DNA of 64,000 bases. It comes from an uncultured Actinomycetes bacterium. Its GTDB lineage: Bacteria; Actinomycetota; UBA4738; HRBIN12. A model generated the notes under the pieces. It did not search any database, was not told where the DNA came from, and saw only the letters and a program-made list of their open reading frames with translations. Positions 23,004-38,556 of the stretch are shown here, in pieces; the stretch's first letter is position 1, and each line of letters begins with the position of its first letter. The stretch is taken from NCBI GenBank assembly GCA_963825685.1, contig CAWGUD010000034.1, positions 2,101 through 66,100 of the forward strand. Reading direction: 5' to 3'. The position numbers were made by a program, and so were the translations under genes.

Positions 23004-23792
23004 CTAGTCGCCGACCGGCACCGAGCGGTCCTCGATCGACTGCTCGTGCTCCCGGTGGAACTGGTCGCCTGCCAGCGAGAAGTGGGCCATCACGTGACTC
23101 TCGCCGAACGGGAAGCGCCGCAGGATACGCACCTGCTCCTCGTCGAATTCCAACACGTTGTAGCAGGGTTTCGTGTACCCACGGACACGCAACGACGAGA
23201 CCGTGCCGGCGTTCGCGACGTACATGTCCTCGAGGCGCCAGACGTACGGCACGTGCTTGTGGCCCGAGAGCACGACCTGCACGCCGGCGTGGATCAGCAC
23301 CTCGAGCAGGTCGCCGGCGTCCATCACGGTGCTGCGTTCGCGGCCGGTGCCGGGGATCGGCAGCAGGTGGTGGTGCAGCACGAACACCTTCAGCTGCGCG
23401 GGTTCCTCGAACTGGCGACGGATCCAGTCGTAGTGGACGCGACCGACCTTGCCCTCGTTGAGGTCGGGCTCACTGGAGTCGACGCCGACGATGCGCACGC
23501 CTTCCACGTCGTGGGACCACATACGGGAACCGATCAGGTCCTCGAAGTGCAGGTAGCCGACGTTTCGGGAGTCGTGGTTGCCGGGCACCGTGAGCATCGG
23601 GGCCTGGATGCGCTCGGCGTAGGCGACCCAGTTCTTGTACTCCTGGCGGTAGCCCTCGGCGGTGAGGTCGCCGCTGACGACGACGACGTCGGGATGCATC
23701 TCGTTGAGCTCTGCGATCACGCGGTTCATCAGGTTCGGCACGAAGAACTGTGAGCCGACGTGCGGATCCGAGATGTGGGCGATGGTGACCAC
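23004..23792 (-). CDS. Metallophosphoesterase (calcineurin-like)
   Basis: 262 aa from GTG 23792. Contains ISDPHVG, SGDLT, GNHD, HHHLLP and GHKHVP metal-ligand motifs. Lies 55 nt upstream of cpgS. Confidence 0.8.
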   Translation of the reverse strand: MVTIAHISDPHVGSQFFVPNLMNRVIAELNEMHPDVVVVSGDLTAEGYRQEYKNWVAYAERIQAPMLTVPGNHDSRNVGYLHFEDLIGSRMWSHDVEGVRIVGVDSSEPDLNEGKVGRVHYDWIRRQFEEPAQLKVFVLHHHLLPIPGTGRERSTVMDAGDLLEVLIHAGVQVVLSGHKHVPYVWRLEDMYVANAGTVSSLRVRGYTKPCYNVLEFDEEQVRILRRFPFGESHVMAHFSLAGDQFHREHEQSIEDRSVPVGD

Positions 23793-23903
23793 GGGTGTGG
23801 CCAGTCTAGTGGGGCGACGGGAGGCTCGGCGGGAGCCAGCGAGAAGCTCCTCGAACGAGGATGGCCGCCATCCGTGTCGATGCCGTGCGACGATACCGGC
23901 CTC

Positions 23904-25079
23904 ATGACGTGGCTCGACGTGCTGTTGGTGGCGTTGCTCGCGGGAGCCCTGTACTCGGGGTACCGGCGAGGCGCGGTGCTCCAGGTGATCGGCATCGCGG
24001 GTCTCATCGTGGGTGTGATCGTCGGCGTGATGCTCGCGCCCCGGGTCGCCCAGGTCGCTGGTTCTCCCGCCGCGGCCGTCGCACTCGTCCTCGGCACCGT
24101 CCTGGTCGCGGGCGCGGTCGGCAACATGATGGGGTGGGCCGCGGGGAGCAGGCTGCGTCGCCGGACGCACGAGACGCCGCTGCGCAGGGTCGACGCCGTC
24201 GGCGGCTCGCTGATCTCCGCCGTCGCCCTCGTGCTCGCGACCTGGTTCCTGGCGCTCAACTTCGCGGAGGGCCCGTTCCCCGTCCTGTCGAGGGGGCTGC
24301 GGGAGTCGGAGATCGTGCGCACCCTCGACTCCACCCTGCCACCGCCTCCGTCGTTGGTGGGCGAGGCGAGACAGCTGCTGTCGCTGCTCGGGTTCCCCGA
24401 CGTGTTCGTGGGTCTCCCCGACGAGCCCTCGGAGCCCGTCGAGCCGCCGAACGGCGCCCAGGCCAGGGCGGCGACCAGGGCAGCGCAGGATTCCACCGTG
24501 GAGGTGCTCGGCGCCGGCTGCAACCGAGGCTTCGTGAATCAGGGCAGCGGCTTCGTCGTCGACGACGAGCTCGTGCTCACGAACGCCCACGTGGTCGCGG
24601 GCACCACCGAGCAGTGGGTGCAGTTCGACGGCGTGCGCATCCCGGCGACCGTCGTCGCCTTCGACCCCGACCTCGACGTCGCCGTGGTGCGGGCGGCCGG
24701 CTTGACGCTCCCGCCGTTGCCGCTGCTGCATGGCGAAGCCGAGCGCGGCGATGTCGGGGCCGTGCTCGGCTTTCCCGGCGGCGGCTCGTTGGCGGCCGAG
24801 GGCGCGGCGGTCCGGTCGGTGATCGAGCCGGTGGGACGGGACATCTACGGCGACGGCCAGGTGCGCCGCCGCGTGTACGAGGTGCAGGCCTCGATCCGAC
24901 GAGGCAACAGCGGCGGACCGTTCGTGCTCGCCAGCGGTCGGGTCGCGGGGCTCGTGTTCGCGAGCTCGGTGACCGACGACGACGTGGGGTACGCGATCGT
25001 CGCGACCGAGTTCCTCCCGATGCTCGCGGATCCGGGTTCCCTGACCGCCTCGGTCGCCACCGGCGTCTGCGCGAGCTGA
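23904..25079 (+). CDS. MarP-like membrane serine protease (CvpA TM domain plus trypsin-like domain)
   Basis: Starts MTWLDVLLVALLAG (ATG 23904). Four N-terminal TM helices, then TNAHVV...DLDVAVV...GNSGGP catalytic triad contexts. Confidence 0.8.
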   Translation: MTWLDVLLVALLAGALYSGYRRGAVLQVIGIAGLIVGVIVGVMLAPRVAQVAGSPAAAVALVLGTVLVAGAVGNMMGWAAGSRLRRRTHETPLRRVDAVGGSLISAVALVLATWFLALNFAEGPFPVLSRGLRESEIVRTLDSTLPPPPSLVGEARQLLSLLGFPDVFVGLPDEPSEPVEPPNGAQARAATRAAQDSTVEVLGAGCNRGFVNQGSGFVVDDELVLTNAHVVAGTTEQWVQFDGVRIPATVVAFDPDLDVAVVRAAGLTLPPLPLLHGEAERGDVGAVLGFPGGGSLAAEGAAVRSVIEPVGRDIYGDGQVRRRVYEVQASIRRGNSGGPFVLASGRVAGLVFASSVTDDDVGYAIVATEFLPMLADPGSLTASVATGVCAS

Positions 25080-25087
25080 GGACCAGC

Positions 25088-25939
25088 TCAGCCGCGTTCG
25101 AGTTCGAACCCGGTCGCCCGAACGGCGAGCGGCAGGATCCGCCAGCCGGATCGGGGTTCGAGCACGTCGTGCGCACCCGGGAACGACAGGAGCGTGGGGC
25201 CGGCGCCGGACACGCACACCGGCACACCCGCGTCCCGCACCGCGTCGAAGACTTCGCGGACCGAGGGCACCAGCGCCAGCCGCGCGTCCTGGTGAAGCCG
25301 GTCGCGCATCGCCTCGCCGAGCAGCGCCGGATCGGCCGTGAACGCTTCCACGGCGAGCGCCGCGTGAGCGATGTTGAACACCGCGTCGGCCCGACCCACA
25401 GGGTCGGACAGCGCCGAGCGTGCCTCGTCGGTGGGCAGACGCACGTGCTCGGGCAGGAGCAGCACCGGCCGAAGATCCGGATGAGGCTCGAGGCGGCGCA
25501 CGAGCCCATCCCCCACGGCGATCGTGAATCCTCCGAAGCAGGCGGGCGCCGCGTTGTCGGGGTGGCCCTCGATCGAGGCCGCGTGGGTGAACACCCTCCT
25601 CGGTGAGGGTTCGTCGCCGAGCAGCGCGAGCGCCGACGCCACCCCCGCGACCACCGCCGCCGATGAGGACCCGAGCCCCCGGGCGAGCGGGATGCGATTG
25701 AGGCCGCGCAGACCGAACGACGGCAGCGCACGGTCGCCGGCGACCCGCCGCATCGTGACGTGGATCAGGTCGGACCCGTCGATCGCGAGCTCCTCGGCCC
25801 CCTCACCGATCCACTCGACGCGGGGGTCGGCCTCGGTGTCCACCGTCACCTCGTTGCACCATTCGAGCGCGAGCCCGAGGCAGTCGAAGCCGGGGCCGAG
25901 GTTGGCCGAGGTCGCGGGCACCCGGACGGTCACGCGCAT
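25088..25939 (-). CDS. thrB: Homoserine kinase
   Basis: 283 aa; VPATSANLGPGFDCLGLAL and GLGSSSAA (GHMP kinase motif). Confidence 0.92.
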   Translation of the reverse strand: MRVTVRVPATSANLGPGFDCLGLALEWCNEVTVDTEADPRVEWIGEGAEELAIDGSDLIHVTMRRVAGDRALPSFGLRGLNRIPLARGLGSSSAAVVAGVASALALLGDEPSPRRVFTHAASIEGHPDNAAPACFGGFTIAVGDGLVRRLEPHPDLRPVLLLPEHVRLPTDEARSALSDPVGRADAVFNIAHAALAVEAFTADPALLGEAMRDRLHQDARLALVPSVREVFDAVRDAGVPVCVSGAGPTLLSFPGAHDVLEPRSGWRILPLAVRATGFELERG

Positions 25940-25967
25940 CGTCGGAGCCTATCGCGGGTCCGGCGCG

Positions 25968-27036
25968 CTACAGCCCGAGCTCGGCGGCGACCGCCCCGGC
26001 GTCGGGCGGCACGGTCGAGGGATGGGCCGCCCCCGCGATCGCCCACTCCGGGTCCTTCAGGCCGTGGCCGGTCAGGATGCAGACGACGGTCGCCCCCGAT
26101 GTCAGCTCGCCCTCGGCGTGCAGGCGCAGGAGGCCGGCGACGCTGGCGGCGCTGGCGGGCTCGGCGAACAGTCCCTCGCGCGCCACCCGACGGTAGGCGG
26201 CCAGGATCTCTCGGTCGGTGACCGCGCCGATCGCCCCCTCGGACTCCCTCGCGGCGGCGACGGCCTTGTCCCACGACGCAGGATTTCCGATGCGGATCGC
26301 CGTCGCGATCGTCTGCGGATCGCGCACCGGCGCACCCAGCACGATCGGGGCTGCTCCCTGCGCCTGGAACCCCATCAGCCGTGGCGGCTCGGTGATGACG
26401 CCGTCGGCGAGGTACTCGGAGTAGCCGATCCAGTGGCTGGAGATGTTGCCGGCGTTGCCGACCGGCACGCAGTGCAGATCGGGCGCCCGCCCGAGCGCGT
26501 CGACGATCTCGAACGCGCAGGTCTTCTGGCCCTGCAGCCGGTAGGGGTTGACGCTGTTCACGAGCGTGACGGGGAAGCGCTCCGCGAGGTCCTTGGCGAG
26601 CTCGAGCGAGTCGTCGAAGTTGCCCTCGACCTCGAGCACCCGGGCGCCGTGCACGAGCGTCTGGGCCATCTTGCCGATCGCGACCTTGCCTCTGGGCACG
26701 AGGACCGCGCACGTCAGGCCCGCCTTGGCGGCGTAGGCGGCCGCCGACGCGCTCGTGTTGCCCGTCGATGCGCAGACGACGGCCTTCGCGCCCTCCTCGA
26801 GGCCTTCGAGATCGCGAGGGTCATGCCTCGGTCCTTGAACGAGCCGGTCGGGTTCGTGCCGTCGTACTTGAGCCAGACCTCGCACCCGGTCTCGTCGCTG
26901 AGCGGCCCGAGCGCACGAGCGGGGTGCCGCCCTCACGCAGGGTGATCACCGGCGTGTCGTCGCTGACGGGGAGCCGCTCGCGATACTCCTCGATCAGCCC
27001 CCGCCACTGATGAGCACCCGTCCCCGATACCGGCAT
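25968..27036 (-). CDS. thrC: Threonine synthase; two frameshifts as assembled (about 26905 and 26803)
   Basis: N-terminus [24 protein letters not shown]...GGTPLV (frame 1). [35 protein letters not shown] with the PLP Lys (frame 2). [19 protein letters not shown]... in ORF 25968..26936 (frame 3). Confidence 0.88.
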
Positions 27037-27050
27037 CGGCGGTTCGGCGG

Positions 27051-28343
27051 TCACGGCTCCTCCCCCTCGACCCGCAACACGCTCGCGATGGACCGTACGG
27101 CCGGTGACTCGCGGAGCTCCTGCAGGGTCTTCTGCAGCGCCCCCTCCTGGGCTCGGTGCGTGATGAACACGAGGGTCGCCTCGTCGCCGGCGCCCTCCTG
27201 CCACACACGCTCGATCGAGACGCCGTTGTGACCGAAGTCGCCCGCGATCTCGGCGAGCACGCCCGGGCGATCGGCGACGTGGAGGTTCAGGTAGTACTGG
27301 CCCTGGGTGTCGTCCATCGGCCGGATGCGGCGCTCGAGCACGCACGTGCACCCCATCGCGCGGCCACCGGTCGTCCGGTTGCGGGCGGCGGTCACGAGGT
27401 CGCCGACGACGGCGGTCGCCGTGGGATCGCCGCCCGCCCCGGGTCCGTAGAACATCAGCTGGCCGACCTTCTCGCCTTCCACGAACACGGCGTTGAACGC
27501 GTCGCGCACCGCCGCGAGCGGGTGCGCTGCAGGGATCATCGCCGGGTGCACCCTGGCGGAGATCTCGCCGTCGTCGAGCTCGGCGATCGCGAGCAGCTTC
27601 ACGACGTAGCCCATGCGTCGAGCGTCGGCGATGTCGAGCGAGGTGATGCCCGTGATGCCCTCACGGTAGACGTCGCCGGCGACCACGCGCGAGTTGAAGG
27701 CGATCGAGGCGAGGATCGCGCACTTCGCCGCGGCGTCGAACCCCTCGACGTCGGCGGTCGGGTCGGCCTCGGCGTACCCGAGGCGCTGGGCCTCGGCGAG
27801 CGCCTCGTCGAACGACGAACCGTGATCGCTCATCTGCGTGAGGATGTGGTTCGTGGTGCCGTTCACGATGCCGAGCATGCGGCTCACGCGTTCGCCGGCG
27901 AGCGATTCCTTCAGCGGTCGGATCAGCGGGACACCGCCCGCGACCGAGGCCTCGAACAACAGGTCGAGGCCGGCGGCATCGGCGGCGTCGAAGAGGTCCT
28001 TGCCCTCGCTGGCCAGCAGCTCCTTGTTGGCGGTGACCACCGACTTCCCGTTCGAGAGGGCCCGGAGCAGCAGGACCCTGGCGGGCTCGACCCCACCCAG
28101 CACCTCGCAGACGACGTCGATCTCGGGGTCGTCGACGATCGAGACCCCGTCGGTGGTGAAGGCATCTGAGGACAGCGGCACGTCGCGGTCCCGGCCTGGA
28201 TCGCGCACGGCCACCCTCGTCACGGCGAGCCGGCAGCCCGCCCGCATCGCGATGTCGTCGGCGTGCTCGTGCAGCAGCCTGATCGTCGCGGCGCCGACGG
28301 TGCCACACCCCAGCATGCCGATGCGGATCGTGCGTTCGCTCAT
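27051..28343 (-). CDS. hom: Homoserine dehydrogenase (with C-terminal ACT domain)
   Basis: Starts MSERTIRIGMLGCGTVG (ATG 28343-28341), 430 aa. Contains the LFEASVAGGVPLI motif. Confidence 0.93.
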   Translation of the reverse strand: MSERTIRIGMLGCGTVGAATIRLLHEHADDIAMRAGCRLAVTRVAVRDPGRDRDVPLSSDAFTTDGVSIVDDPEIDVVCEVLGGVEPARVLLLRALSNGKSVVTANKELLASEGKDLFDAADAAGLDLLFEASVAGGVPLIRPLKESLAGERVSRMLGIVNGTTNHILTQMSDHGSSFDEALAEAQRLGYAEADPTADVEGFDAAAKCAILASIAFNSRVVAGDVYREGITGITSLDIADARRMGYVVKLLAIAELDDGEISARVHPAMIPAAHPLAAVRDAFNAVFVEGEKVGQLMFYGPGAGGDPTATAVVGDLVTAARNRTTGGRAMGCTCVLERRIRPMDDTQGQYYLNLHVADRPGVLAEIAGDFGHNGVSIERVWQEGAGDEATLVFITHRAQEGALQKTLQELRESPAVRSIASVLRVEGEEP

Positions 28344-28989
28344 GCCTCGTCTCCCGGCCTGCGGTCTCGGCGGAGCCGTCGCCCCTGCCACCGATCCACG
28401 CCGCCATCAGTATCTCGTCCTCGTCACCGTAGGACTTGCGCGAATGCCGCGCGAGCCTCCCCTCCTCGACGAACCCGAACTTGCGGTACAGGGCGATCGC
28501 GCCCGTGTTGTGCGGGTAGACCGAGAGCACGATCTTGTCGACACCCACCGAGCGTGCCCATCGCAGCGCCTCGGCCATCAGGGCCGTCCCGACCCCGCGA
28601 CCGCGGACATCCGCCGAGACGGCGATGCCGAGCGTCGCCACGTGACGCGTCACCGGATGCGCCTCGCGCTGGATGTAGACGTGCCCCACGACCCGATCGC
28701 CGGCGTCGACGGCCACGATCTGCGCCTCGCGATCGGTCCACGATCGCCGGAACCGGCGCCGGTAGGTCCACGGCGTGCCGGTGACACGCTCGGTGCGCAC
28801 GTGGCGGCCCTCCTCGACGATCGCGGTCCAGAAGGCGAGGTAGGAACGAGCGTCCTTGGGCCGGGCGGGTCGCACGGTGATGCCCTCGAGCGCGGCGGGG
28901 GCGACCGGCGTTCGGGACCCCCCGACGAGTTCCCCGTCGTCGAACGTCGCGTGCTCGGGCCATGGACCGGCCGGGGTGGCCTCAGGCAT
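28341..28989 (-). CDS. GNAT family N-acetyltransferase (3' end uncertain)
   Basis: N-terminal 200 aa of track ORF 27661..28989, with acetyl-CoA motif VSADVRGRGVGTALM and ALYRKFGF. As assembled the ORF has no stop until 27661, deep inside hom. A TGA overlapping the hom ATG exists in a neighbouring frame. Confidence 0.65.
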
Positions 28990-30657
28990 CGTCCTCGACG
29001 CGTTCCATCGACGCCGGTGCGCTCACCCCGAGCAGCGCGAGGAGGTTCGCGAGCACCTGCTTCGTGGCAGTCGAGAGCCACAACCGTGCCTGCGTGAGCG
29101 CCTGGTCGTCGCTGACGACCCGGCAGTCCGTGTAGAAGCGGTGGAACCGCCCGGCCAGCTCCTGGGCAGCGTGCGCGACGCGGTGAGGCGCCCGGAGCTC
29201 TGCCGCGTAGGCGATCTGGTCGGGCACATCGGCGAGCCCGCGCATCAGGTCGAGTTCCGCCTCGTCGGTGAGCAGTGTCAGGTCGGCGTCCTCGATCGGC
29301 GCCAACGCGACGCCCTCCGCCTCGGCCTTGCGCAGGATCGACGCGATGCGCGCGTGGCCGTACTGCACGTAGTACACGGGGTTGTCCATCGATTGACGCT
29401 TCACGGCCTCGATGTCGAAGTTCATCGACGCGTCGTTCGAGAAGAGCAGCAGCTGGAAGCGTGCCGCATCGGCACCGACCTCGTCGAGCAGCTGATCGAG
29501 GGTGATGAAGTTGCCCGAGCGCTTGCCCATCGGCACGGGTTCGCCGTCGCGCAGGAACGCGACCCACTGATAGATCACGAGCTCGACGGCGTCGGGGTCG
29601 TACCCCATCGCCTGAGCGGCTCCCTTGACCCTGGCGACGTCCCCGTGGTGGTCGGCGCCCCAGACGTAGAGCAGCCGGTCGAACCCCCGGGAGAACTTGT
29701 CCACGAGGTAGGCGAGGTCCGCCCCGAAGTAGGTGTGCTGACCGTTCGAGCGGATCACGACCCGGTCCTTGTCGTCGCCGTAGGCCGTCGAGCGGAACCA
29801 CGCCGCACCCTCGTCGTCGTAGACGACGCCGGCATCGCGCAGCCGTTCCACGGCGGCCTCGATCTCACCCTTCGCCGCGAGCTCGGACTCCCGGAAGTAG
29901 ACGTCGAAGTGCACGCCGAACCGGTCGAGGGTCGCCTCGATCCACCGCAGCACCCGTGCCACCCCTTCGGCGCGCATCCTCAGGAAGCGTTCGTCGTCGG
30001 GCAGATCGGCGAGCTCGCGGCCCTCCGTCTCGAGGATGTCCCGGGCGAGTTCCTCGATGTAGGCGCCGTGGTACCCGTCCTCGGGCACCTGCGCGTCGCG
30101 CCCGACGAGCTGCAGGAACCGTGCCTCGATCGAGGCTCCGAACCGGTCCATCTGCCCGCCGGCGTCGTTGAAGTAGTACTCGCGCTCGACCGACCAGCCG
30201 GTCGCCTCGAGCAGCCGCGCGAGGGCGTCGCCGATCGCGGCGTTCCTCGCGTGAGCGACCGTGAGCGGCCCCGTGGGGTTCGCGCTCACGAACTCCACCT
30301 GTGCCCGGCGCCCGTGGGGCTCGGCGAGCCCGTAGGAGTCGCCCTCGGCGATCACGGCACGCACGGCGTCGTGCAGCCAATCGTCGGTGGTGAACAGGTT
30401 CACGAAGCCGGGACCGGCGACCTCTGCCTTCTCCAGGAACGGCGCCGCCGGCAGGGCGTCGACGATCGCCTGCGCGACCTCCCGCGGAGGCTTCCCCGCG
30501 CGCGTGGCCAGGCCCAGGGCGACGTTGGTCGAGAAGTCGCCGTGCTCGCGCTGCTTCGGCACCAGCAGCTCCGGCGTCGGCAGGTCGCCCTCGATGCCGA
30601 GGCCGGGCGCCGCGGCCTCGAGCGCCGTCGAGAGCACCGAGACGAGGTCGTCCTCGA

Positions 30658-30661
<4 letters not shown>
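28982..30661 (-). CDS. argS: Arginine--tRNA ligase
   Basis: Starts MIEDDLVSVL (ATG 30661-30659), 559 aa. Contains SANPTGPLTVAHARN (HIGH region) and the MGKRSG KMSKS-like motif. Confidence 0.95.
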
Positions 30662-35609
<4,948 letters not shown>

Positions 35610-35613
<4 letters not shown>

Positions 35614-36653
35614 GCCCCGACCTGCGCACCACCTACCTCGGCCTCGAGCTCGCCAACCCGCTGGTGCCGAGCGCCTCGCCGCTGGGTCAACGCATCGAGA
35701 CGCTCCGCGCGCTCCAGGATGCGGGTGCCGCCGCCGTGGTGCTGCCCTCGCTGTTCGAGGAGCAGATCGAGCACGACGAGATCCAGTTCACCGGGGCGCT
35801 CGAGGCGGGCGCGGAGAGCTACGCGGAGGCACTCACGTACCTGCCGGAGTTCGCCGACTACACGACCGGCAGCGACGCCTACCTGCGACACCTCGAGGCC
35901 ACGGTCCGTGACCTCGAGATCCCCGTGATCGGGAGCCTCAACGGCATCTCGCTCGGCGGGTGGGTCGAGCACGCTCGACGCATCGAGGACGCCGGCGCCG
36001 CCGCCTTGGAGCTGAACGTCTACTTCATCGCGGCAGACCCCGACGAGAGCGGCGCAGCCGTCGAGCAGCGTTACATCGACCTGGTGGAAGCCGTGCGAGC
36101 GCGGTGCACGATCCCCCTCGCGGTGAAGATCGGCCCGTTCTTCAGCTCCGTCGGCGACATCGCGCGACGGCTCGTCGACGCGGGCGCCGACGGCCTCGTG
36201 CTGTTCAACCGGTTCATGCAGCCCGACTTCGACCTCGACGCGATGACGGTCGACCCCACGCTGCACCTGTCCGAGCCCGACGAGCTGCTCCTGCCGTTGC
36301 GATGGATCGCGATCCTGCACGGGCGGGTGGACTGCTCGATCGCCGCCACGACCGGCGTGCATTCGGCGAGCGACGTCCTGAAGGTGCTCTTCGCCGGGGC
36401 CGACGTCGCGATGATGGCGAGCGCGCTGCTGCGACGCGGCCCCGAGCACCTCGGCAGCATTCTCCGCGACCTCGACGTGTGGCTCGGGGAACACGGATAC
36501 GACAGCGTCGCGCAGATGCGGGGCGCCATGAGCCAGGCGCACGTGCCCAACCCCGTGGCGTTCGCGCGGGCGAACTACGCCCACCTGGTGACGAGCTTCG
36601 TGAGCCCTTACGACTGGCGCATGGCCGAGCCCGAGGGCGAGCTCCACGCCTGA
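35610..36653 (+). CDS. Dihydroorotate dehydrogenase-like TIM-barrel flavoprotein (PFOR-linked; function unknown)
   Basis: 347 aa. GTG 35610 overlaps the PFOR stop (GTGA). DHOD-like fold signature (LANPLVPSASPL..., VKIGPFF, GADGLVLFNR, GGV-type C-terminus). I do not see the N-x-S/C-x-P-N catalytic motif. Confidence 0.7.
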
Positions 36654-36654
36654 G

Positions 36655-38052
36655 GTGAGGGACATCGATCGAGCGATAGGCTCGCCGCCCATGGAGACCG
36701 ACGACCTTCGCCGAGCCGTTGCCGACGGCATGCCCCAGACGATCGCCGACCTCGAGCGCCTCGTGCGCATCCCATCGATCGGCGCCCCGGGCTACGACCC
36801 GTCGTTCGTCAGGGAGAGCGCCGAGGCGACCGCCGAGATCCTGCGATCGGCCGGCGTCGGCGACGCGCGGCTGCTCGAGCTCGACGGCGGGCATCCGGCG
36901 GTGGTCGGAGCGATCGACGGTCCGGCCGACGCCCCGACCGTGCTCCTGTACGCCCACCACGACGTGCAGCCCGAGGGAGCGGCGGACCGGTGGCAGAGTC
37001 CCCCGTTCGATCCGGTCGTGCGCGAGGGCCGCCTCTACGGCCGCGGGGCCGCGGACGACAAGAGCGGCATCGTCGTGCACGCGGCCGCCCTGCGGGCGCT
37101 CGGCGTGCCCGACGGCACCGCGCTGCCCGTGACCGTCCGGATCGTCGTCGAGGGTGAGGAGGAGTGCTCCACCGAACACCTGCCGCAGCTCGTGCAGGGA
37201 CACGCCGACCTGCTGCGTGCCGACGTCGCGGTGATCGCCGACGGCGGCAACGAGCGCACCGGCGTGCCCACGATCGGCACGAGCGTCCGCGGGGTGACGG
37301 ACTGCCGCGTCACCGTGCGGGTGCTGCCGATCGCCCAGCACAGCGGCGCCTACGGCGGCCCGATCCCCGACGCGATCACGGCGCTGTGTCGCATGATCGC
37401 GACCCTCCACGACGACCGGGGCGAGGTGGCGATCGAGGGCCTCCATCGGTTCGAGTGGGCCGGCGCCCCCGTCACCGAGGAGTCGCTGCGCGAGGAGTCA
37501 CGCGTCTTCGACTCCGTGGAGATGATCGGGTCGGGCACGATCGCCGACCGGCTCTTCGCGAAGCCCGCCGTGGCCGTGGTGGGCTTCGACGCCCCCGTCG
37601 TCGCCGGCTCGTCGAACCAGATCGTGCCGGAGGCATCGGCGCGCGTCTCCCTGCGGCTGGCGCCCGGGGACGACCCCGAGCGCGCCCGCGACGCCTTGGT
37701 CGCCCACCTGCGCGCGGCGACGCCGTGGGGCGTCCAGGTCGAGATCGAGGCCGACGAGGCGGGCATGGGATACATGGTCGACACGACGACCTCGGCCTAC
37801 GCGGCGGCGAAGGCGGCGCTCGCTGAGGCATTCGAGCACGAGGTGGTCGAGATGGGGAGCGGCGGCTCGGTGCCGATCGTGCCGATGCTCGCCGAGACCT
37901 TCCCGGGCATGGCGGTGCTGATCTGGGGCGCGGGCGACGAGCGGTCGAACTACCACTCGCTCGACGAGAGCGTCGACCTCGCCGACCTCGAGCGGCTCGT
38001 GCTCGCCGAGGCGCTGTTCATCCGCACCCTCGGCGACGGCATCGGGTCCTGA
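36655..38052 (+). CDS. M20 family metallopeptidase (dipeptidase / ArgE-DapE-CPG2 family)
   Basis: 465 aa; LLYAHHDVQP, GRGAADDKSG, and an EGEEE metal-site motif. Alternative start ATG 36691 (METDDL). Confidence 0.8.
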   Translation: MRDIDRAIGSPPMETDDLRRAVADGMPQTIADLERLVRIPSIGAPGYDPSFVRESAEATAEILRSAGVGDARLLELDGGHPAVVGAIDGPADAPTVLLYAHHDVQPEGAADRWQSPPFDPVVREGRLYGRGAADDKSGIVVHAAALRALGVPDGTALPVTVRIVVEGEEECSTEHLPQLVQGHADLLRADVAVIADGGNERTGVPTIGTSVRGVTDCRVTVRVLPIAQHSGAYGGPIPDAITALCRMIATLHDDRGEVAIEGLHRFEWAGAPVTEESLREESRVFDSVEMIGSGTIADRLFAKPAVAVVGFDAPVVAGSSNQIVPEASARVSLRLAPGDDPERARDALVAHLRAATPWGVQVEIEADEAGMGYMVDTTTSAYAAAKAALAEAFEHEVVEMGSGGSVPIVPMLAETFPGMAVLIWGAGDERSNYHSLDESVDLADLERLVLAEALFIRTLGDGIGS

Positions 38053-38556
38053 CGCCTCCTCGGTCATCGCCCGTCAGCGACGATGGAGTCCGCTCAACTC
38101 GTCGGGGTTCGACGATGCGCTACACGAGCCACGTCGAGTTCAGAACGGCCTCAGCGAGAGCGTGAGCGGTCGCCGCCGGGCCACGACCGATGAACGGCTT
38201 GGCCCGTATCGAGAAGTATCCTTGGACCATGCGCAGGATTCGAGGCTCTCACCAGGAGGCTGTGGGCGCTGGATCGCGCGCGATCCCCATGACGAGGATC
38301 CGCCCAAGTACGACGCGCCTCTCTCCTCTGCGAGGCCGCACGGTGGCGGCTCGGGAGGCGCAGGCGGCTAGGGGCTGCTGATCCTGAACCGTGACCGGCT
38401 GATTCTTGTCACTGGTGCGCCGATCGCGGTGGGCGGCGCGTGTTTCGATGTTGGCATGACCTCGGTCATGGCGTGACCGGGTGCTTCATAGGAACGGAGA
38501 ATGGTGCCCGCGAGCACCACCGCAGCGCCCTCTGCGCTACTACAGCTGCACCGGGC

